Shown here one piece after another: positions 17,276 to 26,143 of a stretch of DNA of 32,000 nucleotides (the first letter of the stretch is position 1; each line of letters starts with the position of its first letter). Under the pieces are notes generated by a model. That model saw nothing but the letters and a program-made list of their open reading frames with translations. It made no database searches and was not told the DNA's origin. The position numbers and the translations under genes were made by a program. Origin of the DNA: Pseudodesulfovibrio piezophilus C1TLV30 (GTDB taxonomy: Bacteria > Desulfobacterota > Desulfovibrionia > Desulfovibrionales > Desulfovibrionaceae); NCBI RefSeq assembly GCF_000341895.1, contig NC_020409.1, forward strand, positions 180,001 through 212,000. Reading direction: 5' to 3'.

Positions 17276-17550
17276 TTTTTTTATTAAAGAAGCTTTTTTT
17301 CGGGAAAAGATTGTTTGGTTTATTTAAATTCAATGCAAAGTCTGTGAGTCTTTCACCGAAGAGAATATGAGAAAGCTTTTTAAGGATATGAAGATATCGG
17401 TGATAAAAGAGTAAGACATTGGATAAAGATAAGGACTGCTCTTTGCTAAAAAAAGAGGACTCGGCTAATATCCAACCGGAATGTAAATGGAGTGACTCGG
17501 TCTATGCGTCAAAGAAGTGAGGGGGGATGGGGGGAGGTTTCATACCTTGG

Positions 17551-17584
17551 AAAGAAAAAGCCCTTATGATTTCTCATAAGGGCT
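17551..17584 (-). terminator. Rho-independent terminator of tRNA-Asn
   Basis: Minus strand reads AGCCCTTATGA-gaaa-TCATAAGGGCT followed by TTTTCTTT, about 11 nt after the tRNA 3' end. Confidence 0.65.
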
Positions 17585-17595
17585 TGGTCTATCGG

Positions 17596-17671
17596 TGGCT
17601 CCCCAGCACGGACTTGAACCGCGAACCTAGTGATTAACAGTCACCCGCTCTGCCGATTGAGCTACTGGGGA
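17596..17671 (-). tRNA. tRNA-Asn (anticodon GTT), CCA encoded
   Basis: Minus strand reads TCCCCAGTAGCTCAATCGGCAGAGCGGGTGACTGTTAATCACTAGGTTCGCGGTTCAAGTCCGTGCTGGGGAGCCA. It folds as a cloverleaf: 7-bp acceptor stem TCCCCAG/CTGGGGA, D arm GCTC/GAGC, anticodon loop CTGTTAA, and T loop TTCAAGT. Confidence 0.9.
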
Positions 17672-17695
17672 ACATTTGCCGTCGAAGCGAAAAAG

Positions 17696-17724
17696 GGTTT
17701 AAGCAAATCGCTGGAGGTGGTCAA
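17696..17724 (-). promoter_or_regulatory. Candidate sigma-70 promoter for tRNA-Asn
   Basis: Minus strand reads TTGACC-N17-TAAACC, preceded by an A/T-rich UP-like tract. It ends about 25 nt upstream of the mature tRNA 5' end. Confidence 0.3.
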
Positions 17725-17871
17725 GAAAAAAGTTAAAGTTTTTTAAAAAAAGTCATTTTTTCTGTTTGCGAGGATAACAGGTTCATTTTCTTGACCTGAG
17801 ACGTTATATGGCTTACGCAATCAGCGTCTCTTGTATTTTTCTAGACTTCGCAAGAGCCGGGGATAAAAAAA

Positions 17872-19455
17872 TTGTCACAAAGTAAAAAAAAGACCAAGAA
17901 AATCAAGCTTGCAACCAAGTCCATTCATGTGGAACGGTTCATGCCAATGCTCGAGGCCCTGCAGGCCAAAGACGAGCTGAATGCTGTTATTAAGACGCGT
18001 GTCGAGAAAGCGTGCGGACTTTTGGATGAGAATATCCATCTCTATCCGAACGACTTTCACAGAGACACCGAAATTCAATCCATCCTGGATGCTCATACGG
18101 AGACTGCAGACACTGAGCTGGAAACTACTGACCAGAAATTCGCCATTGCCGGGCGAGTTGTCTCATATCGTTCTTTTGGCAAGGTGACATTTTTTCACTT
18201 GCAGGACTGTAGTGCAAAGATTCAAGTCTATGTCGCCAGAGATGAACTGGGAGCTGAGGCATACAGAAAATTCAAAAAGACTGATATTGGGGATATTGTT
18301 GGAGTCATAGGTACTCTTTTCCGGACCAAGACTGGTGAGTTAACGGTGAAAACCAAAAGCTTTAAATTGGTCACCAAGTCCATGCGTCCGTTGCCTGAGA
18401 AATATCACGGATTGAAAGACGTTGAGACGCGGTATCGCCAAAGGTATGTGGATTTGATTGTCACTCCACGTACCAAGGAAATTTTCAAAATTCGCACTGC
18501 TATTGTTCGTGAATTACGGGATTTTCTTGATGAAAAAGGGTTTATGGAAGTTGAAACTCCTATGATGCAAGCCATCCCCGGAGGAGCCACTGCCAAACCT
18601 TTTGAGACCCATCATAATGCTCTTGATATGAAATTGTATATGAGGATCGCGCCAGAGTTATACCTCAAGCGCCTTCTTGTTGGCGGATTTGAACGAGTAT
18701 ATGAAATTAATCGAAATTTCCGTAATGAGGGCATTTCGACTCAGCATAACCCTGAATTTACTATGCTGGAGTTTTATTGGGCCTACGCCAATTTTGAAAA
18801 CCTGATGGATTTGACTGAAGAGATGTTCTCACGGGTTGCCAAAAAGGTGACAGGTTCATCTGTTGTCCCGTATCAGGGTGAGCAGATAGACCTCTCTGTT
18901 GGAGCATGGATCAGAATGCCTTTTCATGATTCTTTGGAAAAAGTCGGAGGAGTGTCCAAGGATATCTACTCTGACTATGAAAAATGTAAGGCTTTGGTGA
19001 AGGCAAAAGGCGAGAAGGTTGTCGAAGGAGAGGTTTTAGGAAAACTTCAGGCAAAACTTTTTGATATTCTCGTTGAGCCAAAACTTATCCAACCTCATTT
19101 TATTTATCATTATCCGACGGATATTTCTCCACTCTCTCGGCGGAATGAAGTGAACCCGGAGATTACGGATCGTTTTGAGTTGTTTATGACTGGGCGCGAA
19201 ATGGCCAATGCCTTTTCAGAGTTGAATGATCCGGTTGACCAACGCGGACGTTTCGAAGACCAGGTTGCAGAAAAGGAAGCCGGTGATGAGGAAGCCCATT
19301 TCATGGATGAGGATTATGTCCGTGCTCTTGAATATGGTATGCCGCCAGCGGCAGGGCAAGGGGTTGGTATAGATCGTCTTGTCATGTTGTTGACCGACAG
19401 TGCTTCTATTCGTGAAGTCATTTTGTTCCCATTACTCAGACCGGAGGTTGGGTAA
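17872..19455 (+). CDS. lysS: Lysine--tRNA ligase, class II
   Basis: OB-fold N-terminal domain plus a class II catalytic core (FRNEGISTQHNPEFTMLEFY, ELNDPVDQ, GIDRLVMLL). The ORF-track start is a TTG at 17872. An alternative ATG at 17941 (MPMLEALQ) is equally plausible. Confidence 0.95.
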   Translation: MSQSKKKTKKIKLATKSIHVERFMPMLEALQAKDELNAVIKTRVEKACGLLDENIHLYPNDFHRDTEIQSILDAHTETADTELETTDQKFAIAGRVVSYRSFGKVTFFHLQDCSAKIQVYVARDELGAEAYRKFKKTDIGDIVGVIGTLFRTKTGELTVKTKSFKLVTKSMRPLPEKYHGLKDVETRYRQRYVDLIVTPRTKEIFKIRTAIVRELRDFLDEKGFMEVETPMMQAIPGGATAKPFETHHNALDMKLYMRIAPELYLKRLLVGGFERVYEINRNFRNEGISTQHNPEFTMLEFYWAYANFENLMDLTEEMFSRVAKKVTGSSVVPYQGEQIDLSVGAWIRMPFHDSLEKVGGVSKDIYSDYEKCKALVKAKGEKVVEGEVLGKLQAKLFDILVEPKLIQPHFIYHYPTDISPLSRRNEVNPEITDRFELFMTGREMANAFSELNDPVDQRGRFEDQVAEKEAGDEEAHFMDEDYVRALEYGMPPAAGQGVGIDRLVMLLTDSASIREVILFPLLRPEVG

Positions 19456-19486
19456 GGCTCAGCCTTACCCAGTGAACAATCCATTC

Positions 19487-20716
19487 ATGCGATTTGAAAC
19501 ATTCGTTGCACTCAGATATCTTTTTGCTCTGCGAAAGCAGTCATTTATTTCTGTTATTTCAATTTTCGCAGTCTGTGGAGTCGCCCTCGGAGTCGGTGCT
19601 CTTATTGTCGTCATTGGAGTTATGAACGGGTTTTCAACAGATTTGCGTGACAAGATTCTAGGAGTCAATTCGCACATTTTAGTGACTTCCCTACGTGGTG
19701 GAATTAAAGATTACCGAGAATTGGCTGAATCAGCCAAAGATGTCGTCGGGGTTACCGGGGTCACTCCATTCATTTATTCGGAAGTGATGCTATCCACCAG
19801 AAATGGTGTCAAAGGGGTTGTTCTGCGTGGTATTGATCCTTCGACATCTGGTGCAGTGCTTTCCCTCTCTCAAGATATGGTCAGTGGCGATGTCGCCAAT
19901 TTGGAAACGGCTGGAGATTCTCCGGCCATTATCATTGGCTCAGAACTCGCAAAACGTTTGGGATTGACACAGGGATCAGAAGTCAATCTGCTTTCGCCAT
20001 CCGGGAGATCTGGACCCGCAGGGTTCACTCCGCGTGTTAAGCGTTTTGTCGTCGCAGGTGTCTTTCGGACAGGAATGTTCGAGTATGATTCTTCCTTGGG
20101 GTATGTGACTATTCCTGCCGCGAGGAAGCTTCTTGGCTACAAGGAAGATACTGTGTCCGGTTTGGAAATCAGTGTAAATGATGTCTACAACGTCAAGAAT
20201 ATAACCAGGAGTCTGCGGGAAAAGGTTGGATCATTTTCTGTTTATATCAGGAATTGGCAAGAAATGAATGCTAACCTTTTCGCGGCATTAGAGCTTGAAA
20301 AAACAGCGATGTTTATCATTCTGGCAATGATTGTCCTTGTTGGATCGTTCAGCATTGTCACTACTCTTGTCATGCTGGTCATACAGAAAACAAAAGATAT
20401 TGCAGTGCTTATGTCTATAGGTGCAAGCGCTTCCAGTATTCGTCGAATTTTTATGTTGCAAGGGACATTTATTGGTTTTGCAGGGACTCTTTTAGGTTTT
20501 CTCATAGGCGTTCCGGTGAGTTTGCTTTTAAAGAAATATCAATTTATCAAGCTCCCAAGTAATGTTTATCCAGTCGATTATCTGCCAGTTCGTTTGGAAG
20601 CTGTTGACCTTTTTGCTATCGGAGCAGCTGCCTTTCTCCTCTGTTTTCTTGCAACAATTTATCCGGCTCGTCGCGCAGCGGCGTTGAGCCCTTGCGATGC
20701 CTTGCGTTATGAATAA
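19487..20716 (+). CDS. Lipoprotein-releasing ABC transporter permease, LolC/LolE family
   Basis: Starts MRFETFVALRYLFALRKQSFISVIS. TM1, then a large periplasmic domain, then three C-terminal FtsX-type TMs. About 409 aa. Followed directly by lolD. The ORF-track start at 19400 overlaps lysS and is rejected. Confidence 0.9.
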   Translation: MRFETFVALRYLFALRKQSFISVISIFAVCGVALGVGALIVVIGVMNGFSTDLRDKILGVNSHILVTSLRGGIKDYRELAESAKDVVGVTGVTPFIYSEVMLSTRNGVKGVVLRGIDPSTSGAVLSLSQDMVSGDVANLETAGDSPAIIIGSELAKRLGLTQGSEVNLLSPSGRSGPAGFTPRVKRFVVAGVFRTGMFEYDSSLGYVTIPAARKLLGYKEDTVSGLEISVNDVYNVKNITRSLREKVGSFSVYIRNWQEMNANLFAALELEKTAMFIILAMIVLVGSFSIVTTLVMLVIQKTKDIAVLMSIGASASSIRRIFMLQGTFIGFAGTLLGFLIGVPVSLLLKKYQFIKLPSNVYPVDYLPVRLEAVDLFAIGAAAFLLCFLATIYPARRAAALSPCDALRYE

Positions 20717-21392
20717 AGAACCGATATATCGTTTGGTCGCTTTAGAAAAAGAGTTTGAAGGCCCTTCTGAAACAGTTCGGGTTCTCAAAAAAATTGATTT
20801 GACGATTGAAAGAGGGGAATCTTTGGCTGTTTTGGGTGCATCGGGTTCAGGGAAAACAACCCTCCTTCATATGCTTGGAACGCTTGATAAGAGTTCTTCT
20901 GGACAAATTTTTTTAAATGGAGTTGATCTCTGCTCTTTGAGTGATCGGCGGAAAGCTGAATTACGGAATCGAGAAATTGGTTTTGTTTTTCAGTTTCATC
21001 ACTTGTTGCCCGAGTTTTCAACCTTGGAAAATGTGGCGATGCCCGCGTTTATTGCCGGCCTCAGCCGTTCGGATGGGATAAGAAAAGCAAAGGAAGCTTT
21101 GGAAATGGTAGGACTTTCGCACAGACTTGATCACAAGGTGACAACTTTGTCTGGAGGAGAGCGCCAAAGGGCTGCTATTGCGCGCGCTATTCTACTACGT
21201 CCAAAAGTGCTCTTGGCTGATGAGCCTACAGGGAATCTTGACGAAGAAAATGGAGCCAAAATTGGCGATTTGTTGGTTTCCCTTAATAATGAATTGGGTA
21301 TGACGTTCGTCGTTGTGACACATAACCCGGCTTTAGCTGGGATGATGCATCGGCGCGTGGAATTGCGCTCAGGAGAACTGTATGCACACTAG
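20709..21392 (+). CDS. lolD: Lipoprotein-releasing ABC transporter ATPase LolD
   Basis: Walker A GASGSGKTT, signature LSGGERQR, Walker B LLADEPTGNLD. The ATG at 20709 overlaps the permease stop (ATGAATAA). An in-frame ATG at 20697 is also possible. Confidence 0.9.
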   Translation: MNKEPIYRLVALEKEFEGPSETVRVLKKIDLTIERGESLAVLGASGSGKTTLLHMLGTLDKSSSGQIFLNGVDLCSLSDRRKAELRNREIGFVFQFHHLLPEFSTLENVAMPAFIAGLSRSDGIRKAKEALEMVGLSHRLDHKVTTLSGGERQRAAIARAILLRPKVLLADEPTGNLDEENGAKIGDLLVSLNNELGMTFVVVTHNPALAGMMHRRVELRSGELYAH

Positions 21393-24096
21393 TCGCTTTC
21401 GCAGCATTTTGTCTGGAGTTGTTTTCGCTTTTGTGCTCACTGTTGCTGTTGCAGGCCATGCGGCTGAAAATGTGGCACAGGATGTTAAAATAGCAGTATT
21501 GCCTTTCACTATTAATGCTGGTGAGGACCTCTCCTATCTTCGGGAAAGTCTCCCGGAATTGCTTGCAGACAGATTGCGCGAGGCTGGGTTCGAGGTCATT
21601 GATACTTCCAAAGTAGCTGCACTCGTAGAAGAGAGTGGGCTGATTTCCTTCAACACCAATGATGCTCGGAAATTGGCTTTGCAAGCTGGAGCCGGTTTTT
21701 CAGTATATGGAACTTTAAATCAAATAGGTGATGATCTCACATTGGATGCCAGGCTGGTCGATTCATACGAACAAAAGCCTGGTAAGAAGATTACCGTGAA
21801 AGAACAAGGCCTCATCAATCTTCTGCCTGCAGTTGACGGGCTTGTAGACCGCATGAAAATGGATCTTTTGAGGTTGGATATTATTGCAGAGGTGGATGTT
21901 GAAGGAACAAAGGTTCTGGATAAAGATGTTGTCTTGATGCGTCTTACTTTGCAGAAAGGCGACATGCTTACGGCCAAGGCTGTCAATACTGCTTTAAAAA
22001 ATATTTATGATCTTGGTTATTTCGATGATGTTGAGGTTAAAGTTGATACAGTCCCGGATGGGAAGAAAGTCCTCTTTGTGGTTGAAGAGAAGCCTCGTAT
22101 TCAGGCATTAGGCGTGCGAGGGGCGGATGCTATCGACTCAGAAGATATCATTGAAGCTGTCTCCACTAAAAAAGGTGGAGTCGTAAACCCGAAAGTGCTC
22201 GCTGATGATATACGTGTCATTCGAGAAATGTATCGCAAAGAAGGTTATTATAAAGCGAATGTGACCCACGAAATCGAGACTGCCGGAACCGGCGTTGCTC
22301 GGTTGACCTATATCATTGATGAAGGGCCCAAGCTTTATATTCAGAATGTCTTAATTGACGGGGCAAAACAGCTCGACCCGGATGATATCAAAAAGGTGCT
22401 CGCTCTTTCTGAGCGTGGCATGTTTTCCTGGATATCAAATTCAGGTGTTTTGAAAGAAGAACTTTTAAATCGTGATGCGGCAGCTATTCAAGCATATTAC
22501 AAAAGCCGTGGATTTATTGATGTCAAAGTCGGTCAGCCTGAAGTTGAAATTAAAGAAGATGGTATTGATGTCATCTATCAGGTTTGGGAAGGGGATCGCT
22601 ATAAAATGAGAAATATCCTTTTTAAAGGTGATCTCATAGATGACGAAGCGGTGCTGGCAGGACAGACTAAAGTTGGGTCGGTCAAGGAAGGTGATGGATA
22701 CTTTGACCAGTCCTTGTTGAAAAGTGATGTTGATGCTCTGACTAATTATTATAATAATTATGGCTATGCGTACGCTGATGTTCAAGTCAACCTCAAAGAT
22801 GATCCTGAAACCAAGACTGTTGATGTTGTTTATTCCATAACCAAACATCAACGTGTTCATATTCGCCGTGTGCTTTTGGAAGGCAATACTGTTACGCGCG
22901 ATAATGTTATTTTGCGTGAAATGCGGCTAGCTGATGGAGATATGTTCAGCGGTGATGATTTGCGGCGCTCTCATGAGTTGTTGAACCGTCTTGGATATTT
23001 TGAGAAGGTTGACATAGCTCCTTTACCAACAGGTGATCCCGAAGAAATGGATCTCGTTGTCAAAGTCAAGGACAAGCCTACGGGAAATATTGGTGGTGGT
23101 GTAGGGTATTCTACTTATGACAGTGTCTATCTTGGTGCCAATATCTCTGAGGCTAATCTGTTCGGTAAAGGATATAGTGCCAGTTTGAATGGTGGGTTTA
23201 GTTCATCAAAGACTGTTTTTACTTTGAATTTTACCAATCCCCATCTTGATGACACGGATATAGGCTTGGGAATCGAGGCTCATCGTAAGGATGAAGATTA
23301 TGATGATTACGATAAAACCTCTACAGGCATGACGACGACCTTTACATATCCGATTGGTGAATATTCAAAATTTTCGTGGGACTACACCGCAGACTATTAT
23401 GTCCTTGACGAGATTTCTGATGATGCCTCTGACACTGTGAAAGATGATGCAGGGTCGCACTTCCTGAGCCAGATAGGTCTCACTGTAGGACGCGATACGC
23501 GTGATAGTTACCGCTTTACAACAACTGGAACCAAAGTTGGTTTTGGTGTCCGTTTTGGTGGAGGCCCTCTTGGTGGTACCGATGATTTTGTCAAATACAC
23601 TGGGTCTCACGAATGGTGGACGCCTGCGCTGGAAAAGGTGGTTTTCCATAGTAAAGTTTGGGCGGGATTTCTTCATAAGAACTTTGGAGGATCATCCATA
23701 CCTGCGGCTGAGAGGTTTGAGTTGGGAGGAGTCGGCTCGATTCGCGGATATTCAAACTATGATATTACCCCTCTTGATTCGGACGAGTCCTCAGAAGGTG
23801 GAACAAAAGCATTTTATATCAATCTTGAGCTGAAGAGACTGCTCAGTAAAGAGTACGGCATCAATTCTTTGTTGTTCTTTGATGCTGGTAACTCATGGAA
23901 AGAAGATGAGATGATTTTCTCTTCTCCCATGCGTGAAGGGACGAAACCTTCTCTGGGATTGTATAAAAGTGTTGGTGCAGGTTTGAGTTGGTACTCTCCC
24001 ATGGGGCCGATCGGAGTCGTTTATGGCTATGGGTTGGATAGACTCGGAACGAGTGGACGCCATAAGGTCGAACTTTTGATGGGACAGCAATTTTAA
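21382..24096 (+). CDS. bamA: Outer membrane protein assembly factor BamA (Omp85) with an extra N-terminal domain
   Basis: 904 aa. Signal peptide ending AGHA/AE. Five POTRA-like repeats starting around residue 170. Omp85 beta-barrel ending in GQQF. Followed by skp-lpxD-fabZ-lpxA, the classical neighbourhood. Confidence 0.95.
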   Translation: MHTSRFRSILSGVVFAFVLTVAVAGHAAENVAQDVKIAVLPFTINAGEDLSYLRESLPELLADRLREAGFEVIDTSKVAALVEESGLISFNTNDARKLALQAGAGFSVYGTLNQIGDDLTLDARLVDSYEQKPGKKITVKEQGLINLLPAVDGLVDRMKMDLLRLDIIAEVDVEGTKVLDKDVVLMRLTLQKGDMLTAKAVNTALKNIYDLGYFDDVEVKVDTVPDGKKVLFVVEEKPRIQALGVRGADAIDSEDIIEAVSTKKGGVVNPKVLADDIRVIREMYRKEGYYKANVTHEIETAGTGVARLTYIIDEGPKLYIQNVLIDGAKQLDPDDIKKVLALSERGMFSWISNSGVLKEELLNRDAAAIQAYYKSRGFIDVKVGQPEVEIKEDGIDVIYQVWEGDRYKMRNILFKGDLIDDEAVLAGQTKVGSVKEGDGYFDQSLLKSDVDALTNYYNNYGYAYADVQVNLKDDPETKTVDVVYSITKHQRVHIRRVLLEGNTVTRDNVILREMRLADGDMFSGDDLRRSHELLNRLGYFEKVDIAPLPTGDPEEMDLVVKVKDKPTGNIGGGVGYSTYDSVYLGANISEANLFGKGYSASLNGGFSSSKTVFTLNFTNPHLDDTDIGLGIEAHRKDEDYDDYDKTSTGMTTTFTYPIGEYSKFSWDYTADYYVLDEISDDASDTVKDDAGSHFLSQIGLTVGRDTRDSYRFTTTGTKVGFGVRFGGGPLGGTDDFVKYTGSHEWWTPALEKVVFHSKVWAGFLHKNFGGSSIPAAERFELGGVGSIRGYSNYDITPLDSDESSEGGTKAFYINLELKRLLSKEYGINSLLFFDAGNSWKEDEMIFSSPMREGTKPSLGLYKSVGAGLSWYSPMGPIGVVYGYGLDRLGTSGRHKVELLMGQQF

Positions 24097-24120
24097 GGTT
24101 AACATTCAAGGAGATATAAA

Positions 24121-24639
24121 ATGAAAAAAGTGTTCTTTCTCTCAGTCATCTTGACTCTTTTGCTCAGTGTATCAGCTTTCGCACAGGGTAAAGTTGGAGT
24201 CGTCAGTCTTCAGTATGTTATTGTAAACTGCGACTACGGAAAGGCTATGGCTGAAAAAATGAAGGCCAAATTTGAGCCCATGCAGAAAAATATTGAAAAA
24301 GATGCGACTGAGCTAAAAAAACTTGAATCAGAGCTGAAGAATCAAGATATCGCTTTGAAGCTTGAGGCAAAGCAGGATAAGCAGCGTGAATATCGTCGTA
24401 AGGTACGTGACCATCAGGACAGCGTTGTTGCTTTTCGCCAAAAAATTCAAGCTGAATCTCAGAAAGAACAGCAGCCTATTCTTGAAAGAGTACAAAAAGT
24501 TATCAATGAGTATGGCAAGGCAAAAGGTTATGAGATGATCCTCGAGTCTTCTGGGGGAGTTTTGTATGCGGGTGATGGTATCGATATCACTGATGCGATT
24601 GTCACTGAGTTGAATAAGCTCAAAAAGGCCGGTAAGTAG
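24121..24639 (+). CDS. skp: OmpH/Skp-family periplasmic chaperone
   Basis: 172 aa. Signal peptide, then Lys/Glu/Gln-rich coiled-coil arms. Located between bamA and lpxD. Confidence 0.85.
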   Translation: MKKVFFLSVILTLLLSVSAFAQGKVGVVSLQYVIVNCDYGKAMAEKMKAKFEPMQKNIEKDATELKKLESELKNQDIALKLEAKQDKQREYRRKVRDHQDSVVAFRQKIQAESQKEQQPILERVQKVINEYGKAKGYEMILESSGGVLYAGDGIDITDAIVTELNKLKKAGK

Positions 24640-24645
24640 TTTACA

Positions 24646-25692
24646 ATGAAGATTCTCTTGTCGGCATTAGCCGAAAAGCTGGGATTGGAATTTTCTGGTG
24701 AGGATTTTGAAATTGTCGGAGTGAACACCCTTGAAAAAGCGGGACCCGATGAATTATCTTTTCTGGTGAATCCCAAATATGCCCCTCAAATGGAAAAAAC
24801 TCGAGCCGGATGTGTCCTCACTTCCGGCTCGTATGTTGGCAAGACAGAACGGACTCTGCTCAGTTCGAATGTCTATATGGACCTTGCTCGGGTAGTTGAT
24901 TTATTTGCTGAAGTTCAGGGCTGTTTTGAAGGCGTCAGTGAACTCGCTTACATTCACCCTGATGCCACCGTTGATGAATCCGTAACAGTCTATCCTTTTG
25001 TCTTTGTTGGAGCTCAAGCTCATATTGGAGCTGGGACAGTCCTCTTCTCCGGAAGTTATGTCGGGGAGAAAACAGTTATTGGATGTGATTGCATTGTCTA
25101 CCCTAATGCTGTCGTCATGGGGGGGCTTGAGTTGGGGGATAATGTTATCCTGCAGCCTGGAGCAGTTCTTGGTGGCGACGGGTATGGTTTTGCACAGACA
25201 GCTGCCGGGCATATGAAAATACCCCAGATAGGCAATGTTGTGGTTGAGGATAATGTTGAGATTGGATCGAACTCTGCTATCGATAGAGCTGCACTCGACA
25301 CAACTCGCATTGGAATGGGGACAAAAATTGATAACCTCGTGCAGGTTGGGCACAATGTCGAAATTGGCCAGCACTGTTTGGTTATTGGGCAGGTTGGTAT
25401 TGGCGGAAGTACCAAGATAGGCAATGGAGTGGTCCTTGCCGGTCAAGTTGGCGTCGCTGATAATGCTCAAATTGGCGATGGGGCAATGGTCGGGGCTCAA
25501 AGCGGTGTCTCAGGGAATGTTGAACCTGGCAGCAAGCTTGCCGGTTCTCCTGTGATGCCTGCGGGAACTTTTCTTAAAGCTGCCGGTGTCTGTCTGCCAA
25601 AACTCCCGGAACTTTTTAAGCGGGTCAAGAAACTTGAGAAAGAGTTGGAATCATTGAGATCCAGTCGTTCAGGTGGGGATTTTTATGAATAA
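24646..25692 (+). CDS. lpxD: UDP-3-O-acylglucosamine N-acyltransferase
   Basis: 348 aa. N-terminal uridine-binding domain (LSALAEKLGLEF...). Long hexapeptide-repeat left-handed beta-helix. C-terminal helix. Confidence 0.95.
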   Translation: MKILLSALAEKLGLEFSGEDFEIVGVNTLEKAGPDELSFLVNPKYAPQMEKTRAGCVLTSGSYVGKTERTLLSSNVYMDLARVVDLFAEVQGCFEGVSELAYIHPDATVDESVTVYPFVFVGAQAHIGAGTVLFSGSYVGEKTVIGCDCIVYPNAVVMGGLELGDNVILQPGAVLGGDGYGFAQTAAGHMKIPQIGNVVVEDNVEIGSNSAIDRAALDTTRIGMGTKIDNLVQVGHNVEIGQHCLVIGQVGIGGSTKIGNGVVLAGQVGVADNAQIGDGAMVGAQSGVSGNVEPGSKLAGSPVMPAGTFLKAAGVCLPKLPELFKRVKKLEKELESLRSSRSGGDFYE

Positions 25693-26143
25693 TGAAAAGA
25701 TTATGGATATCAGGCAAATAATGGAAATGTTGCCTCATAGATATCCTTTTCTCTTGGTTGATCGAATTCTTGAGATCGAACCTGGGGTGCGCCTCAAGGC
25801 TTATAAAAATGTCACGATGAATGAAAATTTTTTTCAAGGACATTTTCCTGGATTGCCTGTCATGCCTGGAGTTCTTCAGTTAGAAGCTCTGGCGCAAGCT
25901 GGGGGCGCTTTTGTTATAAACTCCTTTGATGAGCCGCTGCATGACAAAGTCTTTCTCTTTACAGGGTTGAATAAAGTTAAATTTCGGCGACCTGTTGTTC
26001 CAGGTGATCAACTTGTTTTGAATGTTTACTACGAAAGACATAAATTAAATATATGGCGTATGCGCGGTATTGCCGAGGTCGATGGGCAGGTCACTGCTCA
26101 GGGAGAATTCTCAGCCGCCATAGCCGATAAAGGGGATATGTAG
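25685..26143 (+). CDS. fabZ: 3-hydroxyacyl-ACP dehydratase FabZ
   Basis: LPHRYPFLLVDRI and FFQGHFPGLPVMPGVL motifs. The ATG at 25685 overlaps the lpxD stop (ATGAATAA). Confidence 0.95.
   Translation: MNNEKIMDIRQIMEMLPHRYPFLLVDRILEIEPGVRLKAYKNVTMNENFFQGHFPGLPVMPGVLQLEALAQAGGAFVINSFDEPLHDKVFLFTGLNKVKFRRPVVPGDQLVLNVYYERHKLNIWRMRGIAEVDGQVTAQGEFSAAIADKGDM

Noticed and set aside
17122-17370. 82-aa plus-strand ORF in the spacer (TTG start)
   Set aside because: No SD. The tail is Phe/Lys/Leu-rich and low in complexity. It reads across the TAGGTTCAC repeats and A/T homopolymers, so it is more likely non-coding. I cannot fully exclude a small protein.
17521-17537. G-rich tract GGGGGGATGGGGGGAGG as a possible G-quadruplex or slippage tract
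   Set aside because: It has only two long G-runs plus GG, which is not enough for a canonical four-run quadruplex. It is not inside a coding region, so phase variation has no obvious target.
17551-17760. tRNA-Asn as a possible genomic-island integration site
   Set aside because: No integrase, no direct repeat of the tRNA 3' end, and no compositional break that I can see. The flanking genes are core housekeeping genes.
17791-17819. TTGACC-N17-TACGCA as the lysS promoter
   Set aside because: The -35 hexamer is good, but the -10 matches TATAAT at only 2 of 6 positions. That is too weak to report as a feature.
20705-20716. Identical TTATGAATAA at the lolE/lolD and lpxD/fabZ (25681-25692) junctions as a possible repeat element
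   Set aside because: It is only 10 nt. It is explained by two independent ...YE-stop / MN... overlapping stop-start junctions.
24901-25500. 199-aa and 108-aa ORFs antisense to lpxD
   Set aside because: The hexapeptide-repeat region of lpxD is codon-periodic and keeps the opposite strand open. The products are low-complexity and there is no RBS.
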